Positions 19,281 to 30,805 of a stretch of 64,000 bases of DNA are shown here, in pieces; position 1 is the stretch's first letter, and each line of letters begins with the position of its first letter. The stretch is from an uncultured Thermoleophilia bacterium. GTDB lineage: Bacteria; Actinomycetota; Thermoleophilia; UBA2241. The notes under the pieces are model-generated. The model saw nothing but the letters and a program-made list of their open reading frames with translations, had not been told where the DNA came from and did not search any database. A program made the translations under genes and the position numbers. The stretch is taken from NCBI GenBank assembly GCA_963751215.1, contig CAVVTV010000024.1, positions 857,880 to 921,879 on the forward strand, in the 5' to 3' direction.

Positions 19281-19901
19281 TTACTTGGAGTAGAGCTCAA
19301 CGATGAGCTGTTCCTGCACCGGAGCGTCGATCTCCTCGCGCTCGGGAGCGCGCAACACCTTGCCGGTGAGGTTGTCGTGGTCGGCCAGCAGCCACGGGGT
19401 CACCGACGACGTAAGGTCGGTGGCGGCACGCACGACCTCGACGGCCTTGCTGTTGGGCCGCACGGCCACGATGTCGTCGGCCCGAACCTGGTACGACGGG
19501 ACGTCGACCTTCCTGCCGTTGACCAGGAAATGCGCGTGGCGCACGAGCTGACGCGCCTGGCGACGTGAAGCACCGAAGCCGAGGCGATACACGACATTGT
19601 CGAGCCTCATCTCGAGGAGACACAGCAGGTTCTCGCCGGTGACACCCTGCTTGCGACTCGCTACTTCATAGTAGTGGTGGAATTGCTTCTCGAGGAGCTG
19701 ATAATAGCGGCGCGCCTTCTGCTTCTCGCGAAGCTGCAGCAGGTACTCGGACTGCTTGATGCGTCCGCGACCATGCTCTCCCGGCGGGTAGGTGCGTCGC
19801 TCGACACCGCACTTGTCGGTGAGACAACGCTCACCCTTGAGGAAGAGCTTCTCGCCCTCCCGGCGGCACTGTTTACACTGCGCTGATGTGTCTCTCGCCA
19901 C
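19281..19901 (-). CDS. rpsD: 30S ribosomal protein S4
   Basis: Full-length S4 including the zinc-finger-like [23 protein letters not shown]. Confidence 0.9.
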   Translation of the reverse strand: MARDTSAQCKQCRREGEKLFLKGERCLTDKCGVERRTYPPGEHGRGRIKQSEYLLQLREKQKARRYYQLLEKQFHHYYEVASRKQGVTGENLLCLLEMRLDNVVYRLGFGASRRQARQLVRHAHFLVNGRKVDVPSYQVRADDIVAVRPNSKAVEVVRAATDLTSSVTPWLLADHDNLTGKVLRAPEREEIDAPVQEQLIVELYSK

Positions 19902-19911
19902 GTGGACCTTC

Positions 19912-20310
19912 CTAGACCCGGCGACGCTTACGCGGGCGGCAGCCGTTGTGCGGCACCGGCGTCACGTCTTTGACGCTGATGATCTCGAGGCCGGCGGCCT
20001 GGAGCGAACGGACCGCGGTCTCGCGACCTGAGCCCGGCCCACGCACGAAGACCTCGACCTTCTGCAGGCCGTGCTCCATGCCCTTCTTGGCACAGGACTC
20101 GGCTGTGACCTGCGCGGCGAAGGGCGTACTCTTGCGCGAGCCCTTGAAGCCGACGGATCCGGCGCTCTCCCACGCCAGCACGTTTCCCTCTTTGTCGGTA
20201 AGCGTCACCAGTGTGTTGTTGAACGACGTCTTGATGTGCGCCTGACCGACGGCGATGTTCTTGCGCACCTTGCGGCGCTGACGTCCTTTGGCTCTCTGAG
20301 GCTTGGCCAC
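19912..20310 (-). CDS. rpsK: 30S ribosomal protein S11
   Basis: Consensus S11. Confidence 0.9.
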   Translation of the reverse strand: MAKPQRAKGRQRRKVRKNIAVGQAHIKTSFNNTLVTLTDKEGNVLAWESAGSVGFKGSRKSTPFAAQVTAESCAKKGMEHGLQKVEVFVRGPGSGRETAVRSLQAAGLEIISVKDVTPVPHNGCRPRKRRRV

Positions 20311-20340
20311 TCTGCTCTACTCCTCCGGCTGCTCTCGCGG

Positions 20341-20712
20341 CTACTTCTTGCGCTTGCCGCCGACCGTCTTCTTGGGACCCTTACGCGAACGCGCGTTGGT
20401 GCGTGTGCGCTGCCCGTTCACCGGCATGCCACGACGGTGGCGAATGCCCCGGTAACAGCCGATGTCCATGAGTCGCTTGATGTTCTGCGAGCGCTCGCGC
20501 CGCAGGTCGCCTTCGACCGTGACCTCGCGGTCGATGGCTTCACGCAGCCGCACGATCTCCTCTTCGGTGAGGTCGCGGACCTTGGTATTGGGATCGATGC
20601 CGACGATGACGAGAACCTTGTTGGAGGTCGACCGCCCGATGCCGTAGATATACGTGAGCCCGATCTCGACCCGCTTCTGCGGCGGGATGTTGACGCCAGC
20701 GATTCGTGCCAT
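20341..20712 (-). CDS. rpsM: 30S ribosomal protein S13
   Basis: [10 protein letters not shown]... Confidence 0.9.
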   Translation of the reverse strand: MARIAGVNIPPQKRVEIGLTYIYGIGRSTSNKVLVIVGIDPNTKVRDLTEEEIVRLREAIDREVTVEGDLRRERSQNIKRLMDIGCYRGIRHRRGMPVNGQRTRTNARSRKGPKKTVGGKRKK

Positions 20713-20718
20713 GCGGAC

Positions 20719-20832
20719 TTACCCTTGCCTTTGACGATGCCGCGGGTTGGTGCAGATGACCTGGACCGTGCCGTGACGGCGGATGACCTTGCACTTCTCG
20801 CAGATCGGCTTAACTGATGCTCGTACCTTCAT
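20719..20832 (-). CDS. rpmJ: 50S ribosomal protein L36 (zinc-binding form)
   Basis: [37 protein letters not shown]. Confidence 0.9.
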   Translation of the reverse strand: MKVRASVKPICEKCKVIRRHGTVQVICTNPRHRQRQG

Positions 20833-20905
20833 CGCTGATCCTCGCTCCAGCGCGCAGCTAGCCGACGGCCTCCGCGCACCTTCTCCGGGCGACTTGTGGC
20901 AGCCG

Positions 20906-21127
20906 CTACTTGAACCGGTATGTGATCCTGCCCCTACTGAGGTCGTAGGGCGACAGCTCCACCTTGACCCTGTCACCGGGCAAGATGCGGATGTAGTTCA
21001 TGCGCATCTTGCCGGAGATGTGGGCGAGCACTTCATGGTTGTTATCTAGATGCACCCGGAACATGGTGTTGGGTAGCGCCTCGACAACCTCGCCCTCGAT
21101 CTCGATGGCCTCTTCTTTGTTCGCCAT
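20906..21127 (-). CDS. infA: translation initiation factor IF-1
   Basis: [42 protein letters not shown]... Confidence 0.9.
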   Translation of the reverse strand: MANKEEAIEIEGEVVEALPNTMFRVHLDNNHEVLAHISGKMRMNYIRILPGDRVKVELSPYDLSRGRITYRFK

Positions 21128-21292
21128 ACTCCCTACTCGTCGACAGACAGCGGCCTGACATACTACCACAAACGGCTTAGGCAGCAAAACATGCCGCGGT
21201 GTGCGGCGCGCCGGCCGCTGTAGTTGCGCCTCGCGCCCCGCGGTGAGCGCCGCAGATGCGCCATGGTGCGGGCATCGCGGCGACTCTCTGCG

Positions 21293-22063
21293 CTACGCCA
21301 TCGCGCTGCTCTCCGAGCGGCGGCGCGTCAGCACGCGCGGCTCCTTCTTGCCCACCGCCACCGTATGCTCGAAGTGCGCCGACAGCGAACCGTCCGAGGT
21401 GGAGATGCTCCACCCGTCGGCCGCGACATATACCTCGTGCGCGCCCGCGTTTACCATGGGCTCGATGGCGAACACCATGCCCTCCTCGAGGCGCGGTCCG
21501 CGCCCGGCATCTCCGTAGTTGGGAATCTGTGGGTCTTCGTGCATCTCGTGCCCCACGCCGTGCCCCACGAGCGAGCGCACCACGCTGAACCCGGCGGCCT
21601 CGACGACCTCCTGCACGGCGTGTGACACATCACCCAGTCGCCGTCCTTCATGACACTCGGCGAGGCCCGCCTCCAGTGACTCGGCGGTGACCTCGAGGAG
21701 ACGGAGGGCCTCGGCGTCGACGGCGCCCATGGGCAAGGTGATGGCCGAGTCGGCCACGTAGCCCGCCAGCGTCACGCCCACGTCGAGGCTCATCACGTCG
21801 CCCGCGGCGATGCGGTACTCCCCCGGGATGCCGTGCACCACCATATCGTTCGGCGAAGCGCAGATGGAGCCCGGAAAACCCCGGTAGCCGAGGAACGTGG
21901 GCACCCCGCCATGCTCGCGGATGAAGCTCTCGGCGAGACGGTCGAGCACGGCGGTGGTGACACCCGGCCGTGCCGCCGCGCCCAGCATGTCGAGGCAATC
22001 CGCGAGTATCCTGCCCGCGGCGCGGATCTTCTCTACCTCGGCTGCCGATTTGCGAACGATCAC
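21293..22063 (-). CDS. map: methionine aminopeptidase type I
   Basis: Metal ligands and motifs (VVHGIP, DVGVTLAGYVADSA, HGVGHEMHE). Confidence 0.9.
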   Translation of the reverse strand: MIVRKSAAEVEKIRAAGRILADCLDMLGAAARPGVTTAVLDRLAESFIREHGGVPTFLGYRGFPGSICASPNDMVVHGIPGEYRIAAGDVMSLDVGVTLAGYVADSAITLPMGAVDAEALRLLEVTAESLEAGLAECHEGRRLGDVSHAVQEVVEAAGFSVVRSLVGHGVGHEMHEDPQIPNYGDAGRGPRLEEGMVFAIEPMVNAGAHEVYVAADGWSISTSDGSLSAHFEHTVAVGKKEPRVLTRRRSESSAMA

Positions 22064-22069
22064 GCCGTG

Positions 22070-22738
22070 TCAGGACTCCTCGAGGAGCCGCTCTACCTGA
22101 GCGAAGACCTCATCGGGCACCTTGCCGCCGCCGTGCACGGTCTTGAGGACTCCGTGGGCATCGTAGTACCCCACGAGAGGCGCGGTCTGCTCGCTGTACA
22201 CGTGAAGACGGTTGCGTACCGTCGTCTCGCTGTCGTCACTGCGCTGGTAGAGCTCGGACCCGCACACGTCGCAGACGCCCTCTTGACGGGGTGGGTCGAA
22301 GACCACGTGATAACCCTTGCCGCAGCCTCTGCACAGGCGGCGTCCGGCAAGGCGTTCGACCAGCTCCTCTTCGGGAACCGCGATGAGGATCACGAGGCTC
22401 ACGCGGCGACCGGCCTCGGCGAGCATGGCGTCGAGCCGCTCCGCCTGCTCGAGGGTGCGGGGAAAGCCGTCCAGCAGGAAGCCCTGCTGCGCGTCGGCCT
22501 CGGCCAGACGCTCGTGCACGACGCCGATGACCACCTCGTCGGGCACCAGGGCGCCCGCCTCCATGAACTTCTTCGCCGCCGCGCCCATCTCGGTGCCCTG
22601 GGCCACGGCCGCGCGCAGCATCTCGCCGGTGGAGATGTGCGACAGCCCGAAGGCCGCCACGATGCGCTCGGCCTGCGTGCCCTTGCCGGCGCCCGGGGCG
22701 CCCAGCAGTATCACGTTGCGCTGTGCGGTGACGGTCAT
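22070..22738 (-). CDS. adk: adenylate kinase (zinc-lid form)
   Basis: P-loop GAPGAGKGT and lid CRGCG...CDVCG. Confidence 0.9.
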   Translation of the reverse strand: MTVTAQRNVILLGAPGAGKGTQAERIVAAFGLSHISTGEMLRAAVAQGTEMGAAAKKFMEAGALVPDEVVIGVVHERLAEADAQQGFLLDGFPRTLEQAERLDAMLAEAGRRVSLVILIAVPEEELVERLAGRRLCRGCGKGYHVVFDPPRQEGVCDVCGSELYQRSDDSETTVRNRLHVYSEQTAPLVGYYDAHGVLKTVHGGGKVPDEVFAQVERLLEES

Positions 22739-22745
22739 CAGGCCC

Positions 22746-24011
22746 CTACTTGAGAAAACCTTCGTAGTGGCGCATCAGAAGCTGAGCCTCCATCTGGCGC
22801 ATGGTGTCGAGCGCCACGCCGACCACGATGAGCAACGACGTGCCGCCGAAGTTGAACGGTGCACTGATGGGCGGGCGCTCCAGCAGCCACGGCAGCACGG
22901 CGAGCGCCGCGAGGAAGAGCGCGCCGGGCAGAGTGAGCCTCGTCAGGATGCGATCGAGGTACTCAGCCGTGGGGCGCCCCGGCCGTACGCCGGGCACGAA
23001 CCCGCCGTACTTCTTGAGGTTGTCGGCCTGGTCGATGGGGTTGAACGTGACCGCCGTGTAGAAATACGTGAACACGATGATGAGCAAAGCCTCGAGCAGG
23101 ATAAAGAGGAAGGTGCTGGGTCCGAGAGTGTTTTGCAGCCAGCCGGCGATGCCGCCCTTGCCCAGGTACTGGGCGAAGGTCGGGATGATCATCATCATCG
23201 AGGCGGCGAAGATCACCGGGATGACGCCCGCCATGTTGACCTTGAGTGGGATAAAGGTGCTCGTGCCACCCATCATGCGCCGCCCCACCACACGCTTCGC
23301 GTACTGCACCGGCACGCGGCGCTCGCCGGTGGTGATCCAGATCACGCCGACGATGACCGCCAGGGCGATGATCAGAAACAGGATGATCGTGACCGAGCTC
23401 AGGGTGATCAACTTGGAGGCACCTCCCGGAATGCGGGACACGATGCTGATGAAGATGATGATGCTCATGCCGTTGCCGATGCCGCGGGCCGTGATGAGCT
23501 CGCCGAGCCACATGACCACCACCGCACCGCACACGAAGCTGAAGAGGATGAGGAGCGCCCGCCACCAGTTGAGATCGGGCAGCGCACCCTGGCTGCGGAA
23601 CAGGACGATATAGCCCACCGACTGTACCGTCGACAGACCGACCGTGAGCCAGCGCGTGTACTTGGTGATCTCTTTCTGGCCTTGCTCGCCCTCTTTGGCC
23701 AGCTCCTCGAACTTGGGAATGACCACGGTAAGAAGTTGCATGATGATGGACGCCGTGATGTACGGCATGATGCCCAGGGCGAACAGCGCCACGCGCGACA
23801 ATGCGCCGCCCGAGAACAGGTCGAGGAAGCCGACCACCCCGCTGCCGCCGGTGGCGAAGAAGTTCTGCAGGGCGGCGAGATTGACGCCGGGCACCGGCAC
23901 GTGAGCCCCGAAGCGGTAGATCGCGATCATCGCCGCCGTGAAGAGGACCTTCGAACGAAGGTCCGGGATCTTCCAGGCATTGACGAGCGACTGCCAGAGC
24001 TTGTTGTTCAC
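22746..24011 (-). CDS. secY: preprotein translocase subunit SecY
   Basis: GTG at 24011 preceded by a GGGAGGAG RBS, 22 nt after the rplO stop; ORF track extends to TTG at 24113. Confidence 0.85.
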   Translation of the reverse strand: MNNKLWQSLVNAWKIPDLRSKVLFTAAMIAIYRFGAHVPVPGVNLAALQNFFATGGSGVVGFLDLFSGGALSRVALFALGIMPYITASIIMQLLTVVIPKFEELAKEGEQGQKEITKYTRWLTVGLSTVQSVGYIVLFRSQGALPDLNWWRALLILFSFVCGAVVVMWLGELITARGIGNGMSIIIFISIVSRIPGGASKLITLSSVTIILFLIIALAVIVGVIWITTGERRVPVQYAKRVVGRRMMGGTSTFIPLKVNMAGVIPVIFAASMMMIIPTFAQYLGKGGIAGWLQNTLGPSTFLFILLEALLIIVFTYFYTAVTFNPIDQADNLKKYGGFVPGVRPGRPTAEYLDRILTRLTLPGALFLAALAVLPWLLERPPISAPFNFGGTSLLIVVGVALDTMRQMEAQLLMRHYEGFLK

Positions 24012-24033
24012 AGCCGCGCTCCTCCCGCGCCCG

Positions 24034-24510
24034 TTAGAGAAGCTCGGCTTTGCCGCCGGCCGCCTCGATCTTGTCGACGGCGCTGCGGGAGTACATGTGC
24101 ATATGCACCACAAGGGCCACGCCGAGCTCGCCGCCCCCGAGGATCTTGATCGGCGTGCGCGTGTTCTTCACGATGCCTTTGGCGACCAGCGCCTCGGGCG
24201 TAACCGCGTCGCCGGCCGCGAACGCCTGCGCCAGGCGGCCGACATTGACCGGCACGGCGTACGTGCGAAACGGCCCGATAGGCATGCTCTTCTTCATGTG
24301 CGGGCCGCGCAGCTTGCCGAGACGCATGTAGAGCGGCATCTGGCCGCCCTCATAGCCCGGCCGCACGCCGCCGCCGGAGCGCGCGTTGTACCCCTTGTGG
24401 CCCTTGCCGGCCGTCTTGCCCTGACCGGTGCCCTTGCCACGTCCCAGCCGCTTGGTGTTCTTGGTCGAGCCCGCATTCGGGCGCAGGTTGTGCAGTCCTA
24501 GTTCAGCCAT
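24034..24510 (-). CDS. rplO: 50S ribosomal protein L15
   Basis: MAELGLHNLRPNAGSTK...GRGKGTGQGKTAGKG. Confidence 0.9.
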   Translation of the reverse strand: MAELGLHNLRPNAGSTKNTKRLGRGKGTGQGKTAGKGHKGYNARSGGGVRPGYEGGQMPLYMRLGKLRGPHMKKSMPIGPFRTYAVPVNVGRLAQAFAAGDAVTPEALVAKGIVKNTRTPIKILGGGELGVALVVHMHMYSRSAVDKIEAAGGKAELL

Positions 24511-24511
24511 G

Positions 24512-24706
24512 TCACGACTTCTTCGTTGCCGGGCGTACCTCGACGAGGAACGCAACCTTATTCACCATGCCGCGGATAACAGGATTGTCTTCCTGCACCA
24601 CGGTGTGGCCGATGCGCTTGAGGCCGAGCGCGCGAAGCGTGCCGCGGTGCTTGGGAAGGCGCCCGATGGCGCTCTTCACCTGAGTGATCTCGAGATGCTC
24701 AGCCAT
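24512..24706 (-). CDS. rpmD: 50S ribosomal protein L30
   Basis: Consensus L30. Confidence 0.9.
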   Translation of the reverse strand: MAEHLEITQVKSAIGRLPKHRGTLRALGLKRIGHTVVQEDNPVIRGMVNKVAFLVEVRPATKKS

Positions 24707-24711
24707 GCCGC

Positions 24712-25266
24712 TCAGGCCTCCCCGGCCGCCGGGGTGGCCTCGCCCTCGTCACGCAGGTCGAGCCCCAGCACCTTGGCCACCGAGATGCCGCGCAGACGCG
24801 CGACGCCCTCCGGTGTCTTCAGCGACTGCAGGCCGGCGACCGTAGCGCGCACCAAATTGATGGGGTTGGTGGTGCCCAACGACTTTGTGAGAATATCGCG
24901 CACGCCGGCGAGCTCCAGAACGGCGCGCACGCCCCCGGCGGCGATCACGCCGGTACCGGGAGCGGCCGGTTTGAGCAGCACGCGCGCGGCGCCGAAGCGG
25001 CCGATCACCTCATGGGTCGTCGTGGTGCTGTTGTAACGCGGCACCAGGAACACGTTCTTCTTGGCGTCCTCGATGGCCTTCTGGATCGCCAGCGGCACCT
25101 CGCGTGCCTTGCCGTAACCGGCGCCGACGTGCCCGTTCTCGTCGCCGACGACGACCAAAGCCGTGAAGGAGAACCGCCGGCCGCCCTTGACGACCTTGGC
25201 GACGCGGTTGATATCGACGACGCGCTCCTTGAGCTCGTTGCCTTCGCTGAATGATCCTCTAGCCAC
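24712..25266 (-). CDS. rpsE: 30S ribosomal protein S5
   Basis: Consensus S5. Confidence 0.9.
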   Translation of the reverse strand: MARGSFSEGNELKERVVDINRVAKVVKGGRRFSFTALVVVGDENGHVGAGYGKAREVPLAIQKAIEDAKKNVFLVPRYNSTTTTHEVIGRFGAARVLLKPAAPGTGVIAAGGVRAVLELAGVRDILTKSLGTTNPINLVRATVAGLQSLKTPEGVARLRGISVAKVLGLDLRDEGEATPAAGEA

Positions 25267-25285
25267 GGGGTCCCTTATCTCCTTG

Positions 25286-25639
25286 TTAGAAAACCAGGCC
25301 GCCCTCGCGGGCGCCCTCGGCGAGAGCCTTCACACGGCCGTGATACAAGTAGCCCGACCGGTCGAAGACGACCCTTTCGATGCCTTTGTCCTTGGCCCGC
25401 TGCGCGAGCAGCTCGCCCACCTTCTTGGCGGTCTCGGATTTGTTGAGCTTGGCGCCCTCGAGCTCGGCAGAACGCGCCGCCACCAGCGTGATGGCGGCGC
25501 TATCGTCGACGAGCTGGGCGTAGATCGCCTTGTTGGAGCGAAACACCGACACGCGGGGGCGCTCGGGTGTGCCCTCCAGGCGCCCGCGGATGCGCCTCTT
25601 GCGCCGTGCGCGAGCTTCTCTGATGCTGAGTGCGCTCAT
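25286..25639 (-). CDS. rplR: 50S ribosomal protein L18
   Basis: Consensus L18. Confidence 0.9.
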   Translation of the reverse strand: MSALSIREARARRKRRIRGRLEGTPERPRVSVFRSNKAIYAQLVDDSAAITLVAARSAELEGAKLNKSETAKKVGELLAQRAKDKGIERVVFDRSGYLYHGRVKALAEGAREGGLVF

Positions 25640-25669
25640 CTTCTGGACGTTCCTCTTCTCTCAGGCAGC

Positions 25670-26203
25670 CTAGGCGCGCTTGCCGACCTTGCGCTGCACG
25701 TACTCTCCGGCGTACCGGATGCCCTTGCCCTTATAGGGCTCGGGTGGGCGGATGGAGCGCACCTTGGCGGCTACCTCACCGACGACCTGCTTGTCGATGC
25801 CGCGCACGATCACGACGGTGGCCTGCGGCGTCTCGAAGGCGACATGTTCCGGCGGTTCGATGACCACCGGATGACTATAGCCGACCAGCAGCTCGAGAGC
25901 CTCGCCCTTAACACTGGCGCGGTAGCCCACACCGACGATCTCGAGTCGCTTCTCGAACCCGTCGGTGACGCCGGTCACCATGTTGGCGAGCAGCGTGCGC
26001 GTGAGGCCGTGCAGCGACCTGTGCTGACCGCTGTTAGTGGGCCTCTTCACCTGGATCACACCCTCGCTGACCTCGACCTGCATCTCGCGAGGTACTCGCT
26101 GCGTGAGCTCGCCCTTGGGCCCCTTCACCGTCACCACGGCGTTGTCGTAGACGAACTCGACGCCGGCGGGCAGTGGAATGGGAGCTTTACCGATCCGCGA
26201 CAT
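25670..26203 (-). CDS. rplF: 50S ribosomal protein L6
   Basis: Consensus L6. Confidence 0.9.
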   Translation of the reverse strand: MSRIGKAPIPLPAGVEFVYDNAVVTVKGPKGELTQRVPREMQVEVSEGVIQVKRPTNSGQHRSLHGLTRTLLANMVTGVTDGFEKRLEIVGVGYRASVKGEALELLVGYSHPVVIEPPEHVAFETPQATVVIVRGIDKQVVGEVAAKVRSIRPPEPYKGKGIRYAGEYVQRKVGKRA

Positions 26204-26212
26204 ATGCCGTCC

Positions 26213-26611
<399 letters not shown>

Positions 26612-26623
26612 GGTCTCGCCTCC

Positions 26624-26809
26624 TTACCAGCTCGACTTGGTCAGGCCGGGAATGACGCCCTGGTGCGCGACCTCGCGCAGGCAGATGCGGCAGATCCCGA
26701 ACTTGCGGTAGTACGCGCGCGGGCGGCCACACCTGGCGCAACGGTTGTACTCCCGCGTCTTGTAGCGCTGCTTGCGCCCGGCCTTCACCACGAGGGATGT
26801 CTTAGCCAT
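26624..26809 (-). CDS. rpsN: 30S ribosomal protein S14 type Z (zinc-binding)
   Basis: 61 aa with CARCGRP...CRIC. Confidence 0.9.
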   Translation of the reverse strand: MAKTSLVVKAGRKQRYKTREYNRCARCGRPRAYYRKFGICRICLREVAHQGVIPGLTKSSW

Positions 26810-26822
26810 GCTTCAGATGCTC

Positions 26823-27365
26823 CTAGTTCGACCGGAACGGCATGCCCAGCTTGGCCAGCAGGGCACGCCCTTCTTCGTCCGTCTTAGCGGTGGTCGTGAT
26901 CACGATGTTGAGTCCGCGGAACTGCTCGACCGAGTCATAGTCGATCTCCGGGAAGATGGTCTGCTCACGGACGCCCATGGCGAAGTTGCCGCGCCCGTCG
27001 AACTGGTCCGGCGAGATGCCGCGAAAGTCGCGGATGCGCGGCAGCGCGATAGAGACGAGGCGGTCGATCATCTCGTACATGCGCGCGCCGCGCAGCGTTA
27101 CACGGCAGCCGATAGACATGCCCTCGCGCAGCTTGAAGCTGGCGATGGATTTGCGGGCCTTGGTGATGGCCGGACGCTGGCCGGCGATGAGCGCCATCTC
27201 TTCAACGGCGTCGTCGAGCAACTTGGCGTTGGTCTTGGCCTCGCCGACACCCATGTTGAGGGTGACCTTGGTGACGCGAGGGACTTCCATCACGTTGCGG
27301 TAGCCGAACTCGTCTTTGAGCTGCGGCACGATCTCTTTGAAGTACTTGTCTTTGAGCCTGGCCAT
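26823..27365 (-). CDS. rplE: 50S ribosomal protein L5
   Basis: [20 protein letters not shown]; the start may instead be the ATG two codons upstream (27371), overlapping the rplX stop. Confidence 0.9.
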   Translation of the reverse strand: MARLKDKYFKEIVPQLKDEFGYRNVMEVPRVTKVTLNMGVGEAKTNAKLLDDAVEEMALIAGQRPAITKARKSIASFKLREGMSIGCRVTLRGARMYEMIDRLVSIALPRIRDFRGISPDQFDGRGNFAMGVREQTIFPEIDYDSVEQFRGLNIVITTTAKTDEEGRALLAKLGMPFRSN

Positions 27366-27370
27366 GGCCA

Positions 27371-27709
27371 TCACGCCTTGTCGATGTCTTTGCCGCAGGC
27401 TTCGCGGCGACACTTGCGGACCTTGCCGCCACCCTCGAGCAGCCGGAAGCCGACACGAGTGGGCTCGCCACAGGCGGGGCACACGAGCATGACGTTGGAA
27501 GCGTCGATGGGCGCCTCTTGCTCGATCACACCGCCCTGCGGGTTCTTCTTCGGATTGGGCTTGGTGTGCCGCTTGACGATGTTCAGGTGCTCGAGCACCA
27601 CGCGGCCCTTCTCCGTGTCAACGCGCAGTACCTTGCCGGTCTTGCCGGTTTCCTTGCCGCTCACGACCTTGACCTGGTCGCCCTTGCGGATCTTCAGCTT
27701 GCTCATCAC
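27371..27709 (-). CDS. rplX: 50S ribosomal protein L24 with C-terminal Cys4 (zinc-ribbon-like) motif
   Basis: KOW domain followed by CPACGEP...CRREACGKD. Confidence 0.9.
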   Translation of the reverse strand: MMSKLKIRKGDQVKVVSGKETGKTGKVLRVDTEKGRVVLEHLNIVKRHTKPNPKKNPQGGVIEQEAPIDASNVMLVCPACGEPTRVGFRLLEGGGKVRKCRREACGKDIDKA

Positions 27710-28074
27710 AACACCTCAGGGGCGAGCGACACGATCTTCATGAAGTTTCTCTCGCGCAGCTCGCGGGCCACGGGCCCGAAGATGCGGGTCCCGCGCGGGT
27801 TGTTCTGGTTGTCGATCAGCACGGCCGCATTCTCGTCGAACGCTATGTAGGTGCCGTCTCTGCGACCGAACTCCTTCTTGGTACGCACCACAACGGCACG
27901 CACGACATCGCCCTTCTTGACGCTGCCGCCGGGCGTCGCGACCTTCACGGTACCGACGATGATGTCGCCCACCGTGGCGTAGCGCCGCCGGGAGCCGCCG
28001 CGGATCCGGATACAGAGGATCTCGCGCGCGCCCGTGTTGTCGGCAACTCGTAGTCTCGACTCAACCTGGATCAT
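27706..28074 (-). CDS. rplN: 50S ribosomal protein L14
   Basis: [16 protein letters not shown]... Confidence 0.9.
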   Translation of the reverse strand: MIQVESRLRVADNTGAREILCIRIRGGSRRRYATVGDIIVGTVKVATPGGSVKKGDVVRAVVVRTKKEFGRRDGTYIAFDENAAVLIDNQNNPRGTRIFGPVARELRERNFMKIVSLAPEVL

Positions 28075-28095
28075 GTGTTTCCTCTGTCGGCTCTC

Positions 28096-28548
28096 TTACT
28101 TAGCTTTCTCGAGGACCTCGAGCAGCCGCCAACGCTTGGTGGCGCTCAGCGGACGCGCCTCGACGACGCGCACGAGATCGCCGACACCGGCCGCATTGCT
28201 CTCGTCGTGCACGTGGAGCTTGCTCGAGCGGCGCACAACCTTGCCGTACCGCTCGTGCTTCTGCGCCACGTCGATGCGCACCACGATGGTCTTGTCCATG
28301 GCGTCGCTGACCACGATGCCGCGGCGTTCCTTGCGACCAGGAATCTTCTCCGGAGCCTTGCGGTCCGCCTTGGCCCTTGCCTTGGCGGCCGAGACCTTCT
28401 TGACTGGCTGGGCGGTCTCGGCGGCCTTCTTGGTCGCGGTCTTCTTGACGGCGGTGCTCTTGGCCGCCGCCTTCTTGGCGGCCGGCTTGCGCGCGGCCGA
28501 CTGCTTGGCGGCGGGCTTGCCGCCATCGGTCTTCTTCGTCGTCGCCAT
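28096..28548 (-). CDS. rpsQ: 30S ribosomal protein S17 with ~70-aa Ala/Lys/Pro-rich N-terminal extension
   Basis: S17 core ([22 protein letters not shown]...) preceded by [30 protein letters not shown]...; the ATG overlaps the rpmC stop (ATGA). Confidence 0.85.
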   Translation of the reverse strand: MATTKKTDGGKPAAKQSAARKPAAKKAAAKSTAVKKTATKKAAETAQPVKKVSAAKARAKADRKAPEKIPGRKERRGIVVSDAMDKTIVVRIDVAQKHERYGKVVRRSSKLHVHDESNAAGVGDLVRVVEARPLSATKRWRLLEVLEKAK

Positions 28549-28763
28549 CAGGCTTCACCACCGGCTGCCTTGCGAACACGCTCGCGTTCCGACTGCATGG
28601 TGAGCAGCCGGGCGATCTCGCGGCGCGTCGCGTTCAACTTGTGCGGGTTGTCGAGCTGTCCGGTAGCGTGCTGGAAGCGCAGGTTGAAGAGTTCCTTGCG
28701 CGTGTCCTTGAGGCGCACGACCAGCTCGTCGTCAGAGAGCTCGCGGAGCTTGCTAGCCTTCAA
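28548..28763 (-). CDS. rpmC: 50S ribosomal protein L29
   Basis: Consensus L29. Confidence 0.9.
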   Translation of the reverse strand: MKASKLRELSDDELVVRLKDTRKELFNLRFQHATGQLDNPHKLNATRREIARLLTMQSERERVRKAAGGEA

Positions 28764-29178
28764 AGAGACTGCCCTCCCTGGTCACGAACTTGCACTTCAC
28801 CGGAAGTTTGTGGGCGGCCAGACGCATGGCCTCGCGCGCCACGGGCTCGCTGACCCCGGCAAGCTCGAACATGACCTTGCCGGGCTTCACGACGGCCACC
28901 CACGACTCGGGCGAACCTTTGCCGCCGCCCATGCGGGTCTCCGCGGCCTTGCGTGTGATCGGCTTGTGCGGGAACACGTTGATCCACACCTTGCCGCCAC
29001 GCTTCATGTAGCGCGTCATGGCGACACGAGCGGCCTCGATCTGACGGTTGGTCACCCAGCCGCAGTCCATGGCCTTGAGCCCGAACTGACCGAACTCCAC
29101 GGTGGAGCCGCCCTTGGCCGTGCCGGCCATGCGGCCGCGCTGTTGCTTCCTATGCTTGACTCTCTTCGGCAGGAGCAT
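28753..29178 (-). CDS. rplP: 50S ribosomal protein L16
   Basis: [16 protein letters not shown]... Confidence 0.9.
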   Translation of the reverse strand: MLLPKRVKHRKQQRGRMAGTAKGGSTVEFGQFGLKAMDCGWVTNRQIEAARVAMTRYMKRGGKVWINVFPHKPITRKAAETRMGGGKGSPESWVAVVKPGKVMFELAGVSEPVAREAMRLAAHKLPVKCKFVTREGSLFEG

Positions 29179-29198
29179 CGTCTACGTCCTCTCTACCG

Positions 29199-30161
29199 TC
29201 AGCTACTCTGCTCGGTGCCAGGCCCGGCCGGCTTGTCCGGCTTGGCCGCGGGCTTGGGCGCGCCGGGAGCCGGCGCACTCTTGCGCTCCGGTGCCCGCCG
29301 TCCCATGGGCGCACTCGGCCCGGTAGGGCCTGGGCGACCCTGTTGACGTCCGCCGGGGCCCGGACGGCCACCGCCGCCGGGACGACCGCCGCCACCCGGA
29401 CGACCGCCGGGGCCACCGGGGCCACCGGGACGACCGCCGCCCTCGCGGCGCGGGCCACGACGGTCGCGACCACGATCGTCGCGACGCTGCTCGTCGCGCT
29501 CCTGGCGCGCCTTGGCCTCGTCCATGGGGTAGCCCTCGGGCAGGATCTCGCCCTTGTTGATCCACACCTTCACGCCGATGCGCCCGAACGTGGTGCGCGC
29601 CTCGCGGAAGCCGTAATCGATGTCGGCGCGCAGTGTGTGCAGAGGCACGCGGCCCTCGCTGTAGTGCTCGTTGCGCGCCATCTCGGCGCCACCCAGGCGG
29701 CCGCCACAACGCACGCGCATGCCGGCGGCGCCCGAGCGCATGGCGCTGGTCAGCGCCCGCTTCATGGCGCGCCGGAAGCTCACGCGGTTCTCGAGCTGCT
29801 CGGCGATAGACTGAGCCACCAGTACGGCGTCGAGCTCCGGACGCTTCACCTCGACGATGTTCACCTGCACGTTCTTCTTGGTCATGCCGTGCACGTCTTT
29901 GCGCAGCGCATCGACCTCGGAGCCGCTCTTGCCGATGACGATGCCCGGCCGCGCCGTGTGGATGTCGATGGTCACGTTGTTCTGGTCTTTGCGGATGAGG
30001 ATCCGCGACAGCCCCGCGTGAGACAGCTTGCGCAGGATGTGCGTGCGCACCAGCTCGTCTTCGGCCAGGTACTGCTTGAACTCTTTCTCCGTATACCAGT
30101 GGGACTTCCAGTCGTGGATGATACCGACACGGAAGCCGCCTGGATGCACCTTCTGGCCCAC
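29199..30161 (-). CDS. rpsC: 30S ribosomal protein S3 with ~90-aa Arg/Gly/Pro-rich C-terminal tail
   Basis: GTG at 30161 gives (M)[12 protein letters not shown]; GGGAGG RBS; TAGTG overlap with the rplV stop. The tail is ...[41 protein letters not shown]... Confidence 0.85.
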   Translation of the reverse strand: MGQKVHPGGFRVGIIHDWKSHWYTEKEFKQYLAEDELVRTHILRKLSHAGLSRILIRKDQNNVTIDIHTARPGIVIGKSGSEVDALRKDVHGMTKKNVQVNIVEVKRPELDAVLVAQSIAEQLENRVSFRRAMKRALTSAMRSGAAGMRVRCGGRLGGAEMARNEHYSEGRVPLHTLRADIDYGFREARTTFGRIGVKVWINKGEILPEGYPMDEAKARQERDEQRRDDRGRDRRGPRREGGGRPGGPGGPGGRPGGGGRPGGGGRPGPGGRQQGRPGPTGPSAPMGRRAPERKSAPAPGAPKPAAKPDKPAGPGTEQSS

Positions 30162-30505
30162 TAGGAACGGACCTCCCTCTGCTCGACCGCGATAGTGATG
30201 TGGCTGCTGCGCTTGCGGATGCGGTTCACACGGCCCATGGCCCGGAACTGCCACCGCTTGAGGGTGGGACCCTCATCGACGCGAGCCTCCTTCACGAACA
30301 GATCGTCGGCCGAGAGAGCGTTGTTGTTCTCGGCGTTGGCGACCGCTGAGTTCAGGACCCTGGCGACCACGCGTGCGGCATTGCGATTGGCGAAGAACAG
30401 CGTGCTGCGCGCCTCGACGACCGACTTTCCGCGGATGAGGTCGACGACCTCACGCGCTTTGCGCGGCGCCACGCGCACGTACTTCGCTTGTGCCCTTACT
30501 GCCAT
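30161..30505 (-). CDS. rplV: 50S ribosomal protein L22
   Basis: Consensus L22. Confidence 0.9.
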   Translation of the reverse strand: MAVRAQAKYVRVAPRKAREVVDLIRGKSVVEARSTLFFANRNAARVVARVLNSAVANAENNNALSADDLFVKEARVDEGPTLKRWQFRAMGRVNRIRKRSSHITIAVEQREVRS

Positions 30506-30511
30506 GACCCT

Positions 30512-30790
30512 TTACCTTCTGGCCGAGCGGTCGCCCTTGATATGACCGCGGAACGTGCGGGTGAGCGCGAACTCGCCCAGCTTGTGACCGACCATCGATT
30601 CGCTGATGAAGATGGGCACGTGCTTGCGCCCGTCGTGGACCGCGATCGTGTGGCCGACCATGTCGGGAAACACCGTGGAGGCCCGAGACCACGTCTTGAT
30701 CATCTTCTTCTGGCCGGCGGCGTTCATCTGCTCGATACGCCTGAGGAGACGCTCGTCGACGAACGGACCCTTCTTTGCTGAACGGCTCAA
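30512..30790 (-). CDS. rpsS: 30S ribosomal protein S19
   Basis: Consensus S19. Confidence 0.9.
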   Translation of the reverse strand: MSRSAKKGPFVDERLLRRIEQMNAAGQKKMIKTWSRASTVFPDMVGHTIAVHDGRKHVPIFISESMVGHKLGEFALTRTFRGHIKGDRSARR

Positions 30791-30805
30791 CGGGTGCCTC
30801 CTGCC

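Noticed and set aside
24012-24113. Longer SecY N-terminus from TTG at 24113
   Set aside because: Would overlap rplO by 80 nt and adds a Cys/Thr-rich segment absent from SecY; the GTG at 24011 has a strong GGGAGGAG RBS and yields the canonical N-terminus.
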